Positions 59,919-64,000 of a stretch of 64,000 nt of DNA are shown in pieces; position 1 is the first letter of the stretch; each line of letters opens with the position of its first letter. Both the position numbers and the translations under genes were made by a program. The notes under the pieces are model-generated. The model was not told the origin of the DNA. It saw only the letters and a program-made list of their open reading frames with translations, and did no database searches. The stretch comes from Candidatus Saccharimonadota bacterium. Its GTDB lineage: Bacteria; Patescibacteriota; Saccharimonadia; Saccharimonadales; Saccharimonadaceae. The stretch is taken from the NCBI GenBank assembly GCA_027492735.1, contig JAPUEE010000005.1, forward strand, positions 65,719 to 129,718, in the 5' to 3' direction.

Positions 59919-61147
59919 TGAATATGATTGCTAGGTCGAATAGAGAGAGTGGTCAGGTCGCTATCATATCCGTTATGTTTTTCATGATACTGTTCTCAGT
60001 TGTGACGGTTAGCTTCGTACAAGCTGTGGTATCCGAGCAGCGTCAAACTACTAATAATGAATTATCCGCTAGCGCGCTTTCGGCTGCTGAAGCTGGGGTA
60101 GAAGATGCAAAACGTGTCATCGGGTACTGTATGGCTAATCCAGCAGCCTCGGGATGTGCTTCTATCTATAACCCAACAACAACTGACTGTAGCGCGATTA
60201 TCAATAGCGCATTGCCGGGTAATTTGGGCATTACTACAGCAACTGATGAAGCTGGAGCAAGGCAAGCTGTGGTCGACGCAACCAACAAGCAATACTACAC
60301 CTGTATGATCATTAATTATCTCACGGCTACGTATGAAAATACTGCTACTGCAGATGGAAAATCGATAATAGTACCTCTAAAACTTTCGACATATAATACG
60401 AGCACCGGTGTATCTACTCCGGCCACTTCGGCAGCGTATTTTACTGTTAAATGGCATAGCAATAGTACCTCAGGCAATGGCACAATGACGGGCACTAATA
60501 CTGCGACTAATTTACCAACAGTACCTGCTTGGAAAGCTATAGGTAATTTCCCGGCAGTACTCCGTGTAGAACTGGTAACTGTACCAGCTAGCGGCACATT
60601 TACTCTGGATACTATAACGAATAATGCTCGCGCTGTAACATTACGTCCTGTAACTAGTAGTACCTCGGGTGGTAGTAGTATTGCAACGATACGAAGCGGG
60701 TATAACGCCTATAATATGAATTATTGGACCCAGAACACCGAGCCTAACGGTACTACTAACAATCCTGTTATGTATGTGAACTGCTCTGCGACAAATGCCT
60801 ATGCTTGCGCTATGAACTTTACGCTTTCCAATACTTCGCCAGGCAGCTTGAGTTTAGCCAGTAACAACTATTACCTCCGAATCCAAGCCATCTATAATGA
60901 TGCTGATGTTCAGGTCTCGGCAGTTGGTGCTAGTGGAGAAACGCTGTATCTCAATGGAGTCCAGCCATCGATCGACGTAACCGGTCGTGCTATCGATGCC
61001 TACAGACGACTATCTAGTCGGGTTGAAGCTAGGTCTAGTGATGATAACTATAGCTGGTGGCCAGAGTATGCCTTACAGTCTGGTAACGCTATCTGTAAAA
61101 ACATGACTATTGATAGTGATACTGGTACGGATAACTGCACGTATTAG
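59918..61147 (+). CDS. PilX-N-like pilus-associated protein (GTG start)
   Basis: N-terminus SGQVAIISVMFFMILFSVVTVSFVQAVVSEQRQ resembles the PilX N-terminal helix. 409 aa, Thr/Ser/Asn-rich. Confidence 0.55.
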   Translation: MNMIARSNRESGQVAIISVMFFMILFSVVTVSFVQAVVSEQRQTTNNELSASALSAAEAGVEDAKRVIGYCMANPAASGCASIYNPTTTDCSAIINSALPGNLGITTATDEAGARQAVVDATNKQYYTCMIINYLTATYENTATADGKSIIVPLKLSTYNTSTGVSTPATSAAYFTVKWHSNSTSGNGTMTGTNTATNLPTVPAWKAIGNFPAVLRVELVTVPASGTFTLDTITNNARAVTLRPVTSSTSGGSSIATIRSGYNAYNMNYWTQNTEPNGTTNNPVMYVNCSATNAYACAMNFTLSNTSPGSLSLASNNYYLRIQAIYNDADVQVSAVGASGETLYLNGVQPSIDVTGRAIDAYRRLSSRVEARSSDDNYSWWPEYALQSGNAICKNMTIDSDTGTDNCTY

Positions 61148-61163
61148 ATAATAGTGTGCGTTG

Positions 61164-62114
61164 CTACTCGGCAGTATTTGGGTCGCGATGAAATTTGGCG
61201 TGAATTTCACGTAGATGAGGATCTGTTATATGGGTGTAGATCTGCGTTGTTGCTATATTGCTATGACCTAGTAATGACTGTACTGATCGGATATCTGCAC
61301 CATTCATCAGCAGATCTGTAGCAAAGCTGTGCCTGAGTGTGTGCGGCGAGACCTTTTTCGTTATACCGGCCAAGCGAGCGTAGGAGCTGACAATTCTCTG
61401 GATCGATCGTGGTTTTAGGCGGCGATTCTCACCATTTTTTGCATGAGCATCCTCAACGATATTCCTCGATTCGTTAATGAACAGGGGAGCAGCTGTGTCG
61501 GCGCGAGAATCGAGATAGTCACTCAAAGCTTCAGCGGCTGCTGGGCTAATGAATATAGGGCGATCTTTCTGACCTTTGCCTCGGACGGTGAACTCGCGAC
61601 GCTTTAGGTTGATATGGTCACGATTGAGATTGCATAATTCGCTAACACGGAGGCCGCTACTGAATAGTAGTTCTAGTATAGCCTTGTCTCGCAAACCAGC
61701 TTTAGCGTTGGTGTCAACTGCGGCGAATAGGCGAGAAACTTCCTCGAATGATAGGAATGACACTTGCTTTTTCACTACTTTCGGTAGATCGATCTTGGCT
61801 GCATCGAGTGTTTCAATGTCCCGGACGGCACAATATTTCAGGAAACTGCGTAGGGCAATCAGGTGATAATTCTGGGTTATGCGGCTGAGTTCACGACCTT
61901 GCTCATCAACGTAGCGGTTTAGCCATAGTCGATATTTACGAATTAACTCGGAATCTATTTTGCCTACCGTGATATCACCAGCAAACTCTTGCAGCCGTTG
62001 CATATATAAATAATAATTTTCGGCAGTACGTTTGGCACGGCCACGCTCGACCTCGACATATTCGATAAAATCCATTGTTAAATCCGATAGAAAAGGCGCT
62101 TCCGAGGTATCCAT
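61164..62114 (-). CDS. Tyrosine recombinase XerC/XerD family
   Basis: 316 aa. SAM-like N-domain. Catalytic motifs GLRVSEL, HTLRHSFATDLL and LGHSNIATTQIYTH. Confidence 0.85.
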   Translation of the reverse strand: MDTSEAPFLSDLTMDFIEYVEVERGRAKRTAENYYLYMQRLQEFAGDITVGKIDSELIRKYRLWLNRYVDEQGRELSRITQNYHLIALRSFLKYCAVRDIETLDAAKIDLPKVVKKQVSFLSFEEVSRLFAAVDTNAKAGLRDKAILELLFSSGLRVSELCNLNRDHINLKRREFTVRGKGQKDRPIFISPAAAEALSDYLDSRADTAAPLFINESRNIVEDAHAKNGENRRLKPRSIQRIVSSYARLAGITKKVSPHTLRHSFATDLLMNGADIRSVQSLLGHSNIATTQIYTHITDPHLREIHAKFHRDPNTAE

Positions 62115-62120
62115 GACCCT

Positions 62121-62129
62121 ATTGTATCA
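62121..62129 (-). promoter_or_regulatory. Extended -10 (TGaTACAAT on the minus strand) 6 nt upstream of the recombinase ATG
   Basis: The reverse complement of 62121-62129 reads TGATACAAT. The ATG is at 62114. Confidence 0.5.
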
Positions 62130-62246
62130 TTATAGGTTATGTCGCGCAATCTATACAAAATAACGTTTTGCGACCTAAATATTGTCGGGGTTTCATGAAA
62201 TGTTCGTCTCTGATACAATAGTGATATCTTAAATGAAAGGATGTGA

Positions 62247-62900
62247 ATGGCTCAACACACAGTCAAAGCTTACGATGCAAAATTAAATAAAACTATTTTT
62301 GATATTAAACACCAACGAACCTTCTGTATGATTAAACCAGATGGTGTCATGCGCGGCTTGATTGGGGAAATTGTTCATCGTATTGAAAAGGCTGGTCTAA
62401 AGGTTGTAGCGATGAAAATGCTGACTCCTAGTGAAGAGCTGGTTGTTAACCATTACCCAACGAGTGACGAAAAATGGATTACTCGCCTAGGCGGCAAGGC
62501 AAAAAGTGGGCTTGACGGTCTATCGCTCACTGCCAAGGAAGTGTATGGAACTGATGACGAAAAAGAATTAGGAGAAAATGCACTGAGGGGTCTGATTCAA
62601 TATATGCAATCTGGTCCAGTGGTCGCTATGGTAGTCGAAGGCATTCAGGCAATAGACATGGTGCGAAAATTAGCTGGTCCAACATTGCCATTCAAAGCTG
62701 AAATGGGCACAATTCGAGGTGATTTTAGCGTTGATAATCCGATCGTCGCCAATGTCGAGGGTCGTTCTATCCACAACTTGTTCCATGCTAGTGAAAATCC
62801 GACAGAGGCTGAACACGAGATCAAACTATGGTTTGGCGGTGAGACGATCTGTGATTACTCGCTCGGCAGTGATGAGATTATGTACTGTAAACATTACTAG
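62247..62900 (+). CDS. ndk: Nucleoside diphosphate kinase, long form with internal insertion
   Basis: TFCMIKPDGVMRGLIGEIVHRIEKAGLKVVAMK ... GTIRGDF ... NLFHAS. 217 aa, against about 140-150 typical. Confidence 0.85.
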   Translation: MAQHTVKAYDAKLNKTIFDIKHQRTFCMIKPDGVMRGLIGEIVHRIEKAGLKVVAMKMLTPSEELVVNHYPTSDEKWITRLGGKAKSGLDGLSLTAKEVYGTDDEKELGENALRGLIQYMQSGPVVAMVVEGIQAIDMVRKLAGPTLPFKAEMGTIRGDFSVDNPIVANVEGRSIHNLFHASENPTEAEHEIKLWFGGETICDYSLGSDEIMYCKHY

Positions 62901-62930
62901 ATCACCCGCTTCGTAGTACAATAGTAGGGC

Positions 62931-63007
62931 GTCCCGCTAGCTCAATTGGATAGAGCAGTTCCGTCCTAAGGAAAAGGTTGTAGGTTCGACTCCTACGCGG
63001 GATACCA
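62931..63007 (+). tRNA. tRNA-Arg (anticodon CCU), CCA encoded
   Basis: Hand fold. Acceptor stem is GTCCCGC/GCGGGAT (first pair G-U) and D stem is GCTC/GAGC. Anticodon loop is gtCCTaa. T arm is GTAGG-ttcgact-CCTAC, followed by discriminator A and CCA. TACAAT box ends 8 nt upstream. Confidence 0.85.
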
Positions 63008-63013
63008 TTTTTC

Positions 63014-63022
63014 TGATATAAT
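63014..63022 (+). promoter_or_regulatory. Extended -10 (TGaTATAAT) 7 nt upstream of the ATG at 63030
   Basis: The -10 element ends at 63022. Confidence 0.5.
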
Positions 63023-63029
63023 AGCACTT

Positions 63030-63551
63030 ATGGCAAAGATGGAATTCGAAGGTCAATTCCCGGATGAGAAACTACTTTTTGTGTTCCGTCGGCATATTAT
63101 TGCGATGCGGAAGGGTTTTTATGGGCTGTTGATCGCATTTTGTCTGGGTGCGGTACCATTTCTCATCTGGCAGAGCAATGTGGATCTACTCTGGGGTCCA
63201 GTTATTGGGTTTGGTATAGGCCTTGTGATATTTATGTATCACTGGATGGGTTGGTACTTTTCGGTGTATATAGTAACTGATCAGCGAATCAGACAGTTGA
63301 CGCAAAATAGTCTATTCGGACATTCGGTCATCGACCTGGGACTTGAGAAAGTTCAAAATATTAGCTATAATATTCCAGGTTTCACAGGAGAAATTTTTAA
63401 CTTTGGAACTATAGTGTTACAAACCATGGTGGGTGATATGGTTATCAATAAAGTACCAGGGTGTGAGACTATTTACGATCAGCTGTCGGATGCAATTCAC
63501 AAGGCAGGTGGCGGCAAACGAACTGATACCGACGAGGAGGAAAATGGCTGA
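63030..63551 (+). CDS. Membrane protein with bacterial PH-like (YdbS/YdbT-type) domain
   Basis: 173 aa. Two TM helices, then YIVTDQRIRQL ... ISYNIPGF ... GTIVLQT pattern. Confidence 0.5.
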   Translation: MAKMEFEGQFPDEKLLFVFRRHIIAMRKGFYGLLIAFCLGAVPFLIWQSNVDLLWGPVIGFGIGLVIFMYHWMGWYFSVYIVTDQRIRQLTQNSLFGHSVIDLGLEKVQNISYNIPGFTGEIFNFGTIVLQTMVGDMVINKVPGCETIYDQLSDAIHKAGGGKRTDTDEEENG

Positions 63552-64000
63552 CGCCAAGCACAAATTAACTGATAAGCTTGCGGGAAAAATCCCAAAAAGT
63601 TTCAAAAAAGGCAGCAAAACGCCGCCGACAAAGATTACTAATGAGACTATCGCCGAGCATCGCGAACAAATTTTGGCTGGGGGGCGTAAATTCAAATATC
63701 CTGTGCAGTACTCTAAACACAAGATATTGATCAATGCAATTATTGTCTCAGTTGTTGCACTCGTACTATTTTCAGTCTGGTCTTTTGTCATGCTCTATCG
63801 CAATCAAGCGACCAGCGACTTCTTTTATAGTATGACCAAGGTCCTTCCGGTACCAGTTGCAAATGTTAATGGTGAGAATGTTTCCTACCAGGATTACCTC
63901 AGGTATGTTAGGTCGGATATATTTTATATGCAAAATCAGAGCAAGGTTGATCTCGCTAGTGATGATGGCAAGAGTGAGCTCGAACATCACAAACGCAAAG
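63544..64000 (+). CDS. Membrane-anchored protein, N-terminal part (3' end outside window); possibly SurA-N/PpiC-type chaperone
   Basis: Not in the ORF track. My translation from the ATG at 63544 is open to the window end (MADAKHKLTDKLAGKIPKSF ... ILINAIIVSVVALVLFSVWSF ... VANVNGENVSYQDYLRYV). ATG overlaps the upstream stop. Confidence 0.5.
   Translation, partial: MADAKHKLTDKLAGKIPKSFKKGSKTPPTKITNETIAEHREQILAGGRKFKYPVQYSKHKILINAIIVSVVALVLFSVWSFVMLYRNQATSDFFYSMTKVLPVPVANVNGENVSYQDYLRYVRSDIFYMQNQSKVDLASDDGKSELEHHKRK

Noticed and set aside
61164-62114. The XerC/D-type recombinase next to tRNA-Arg as the integrase of a mobile element.
   Set aside because: Composition around it is native. It has canonical XerC/D motifs and length, and its neighbours are ndk and pilus genes. 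It lies more than 14 kb from the nearest GC island. Most likely it is the chromosomal dimer-resolution recombinase.
1-64000. Search for CRISPR arrays, transposases or IS ends, reverse transcriptase with DGR template/variable repeats, toxin-antitoxin pairs and rRNA.
   Set aside because: I saw no regularly spaced direct repeats, no DDE/HUH-like or RT-like (YxDD) ORF, and no rRNA-like stretch. Only one tRNA was found. Absence by eye is not proof, and small elements could have been missed.

Overview
64-kb, densely coding bacterial chromosome segment, mostly about 43-48% G+C by hand counts. The gene content includes Gram-positive-style type IV secretion genes at the left edge, a complete type IV pilus locus without a secretin at 47.8-61.1 kb, and a class II ribonucleotide reductase. 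There are also many small membrane or secreted hypotheticals and almost no biosynthesis. Together with the promoter style, this suggests a reduced-genome monoderm, plausibly a Patescibacteria/CPR (Saccharibacteria-like) episymbiont. That taxonomic call is inference only. Recognised housekeeping genes are recF, pyrG, pyrH, argS, nrdJ, orn, dnaG, rpoD, polA, rpsF-ssb-rpsR, efp, tlyA, ychF, a XerC/D-type recombinase, ndk and tRNA-Arg(CCU). Main observations: (1) Two sharply bounded high-G+C islands (about 60-70%) sit in intergenic gaps. Island 1 (14.25-16.23 kb) holds four translationally coupled mini membrane proteins plus a divergent basic protein. Island 2 (43.13-46.53 kb) holds a Cys/Trp-repeat surface protein plus a sortase-like enzyme. 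Both are driven by recipient-style AT-rich promoters, which fits recent transfer from a high-GC Gram-positive donor. (2) argS and ychF, two unrelated essential genes that each lie just right of an island, share a homologous GC-rich in-frame mini-insertion. (3) About 15 first genes have an extended -10 box (TGnTAyAAT) 6-8 nt upstream of the start codon, implying leaderless mRNAs. (4) The type IV secretion neighbourhood encodes a four-domain secreted hydrolase (EEP nuclease/phosphatase, lysozyme-like and NlpC/P60-like domains). No CRISPR array, transposase, reverse transcriptase, intein or rRNA was seen. All family assignments come from motifs read by eye. No database search was possible, and domain coordinates are approximate.
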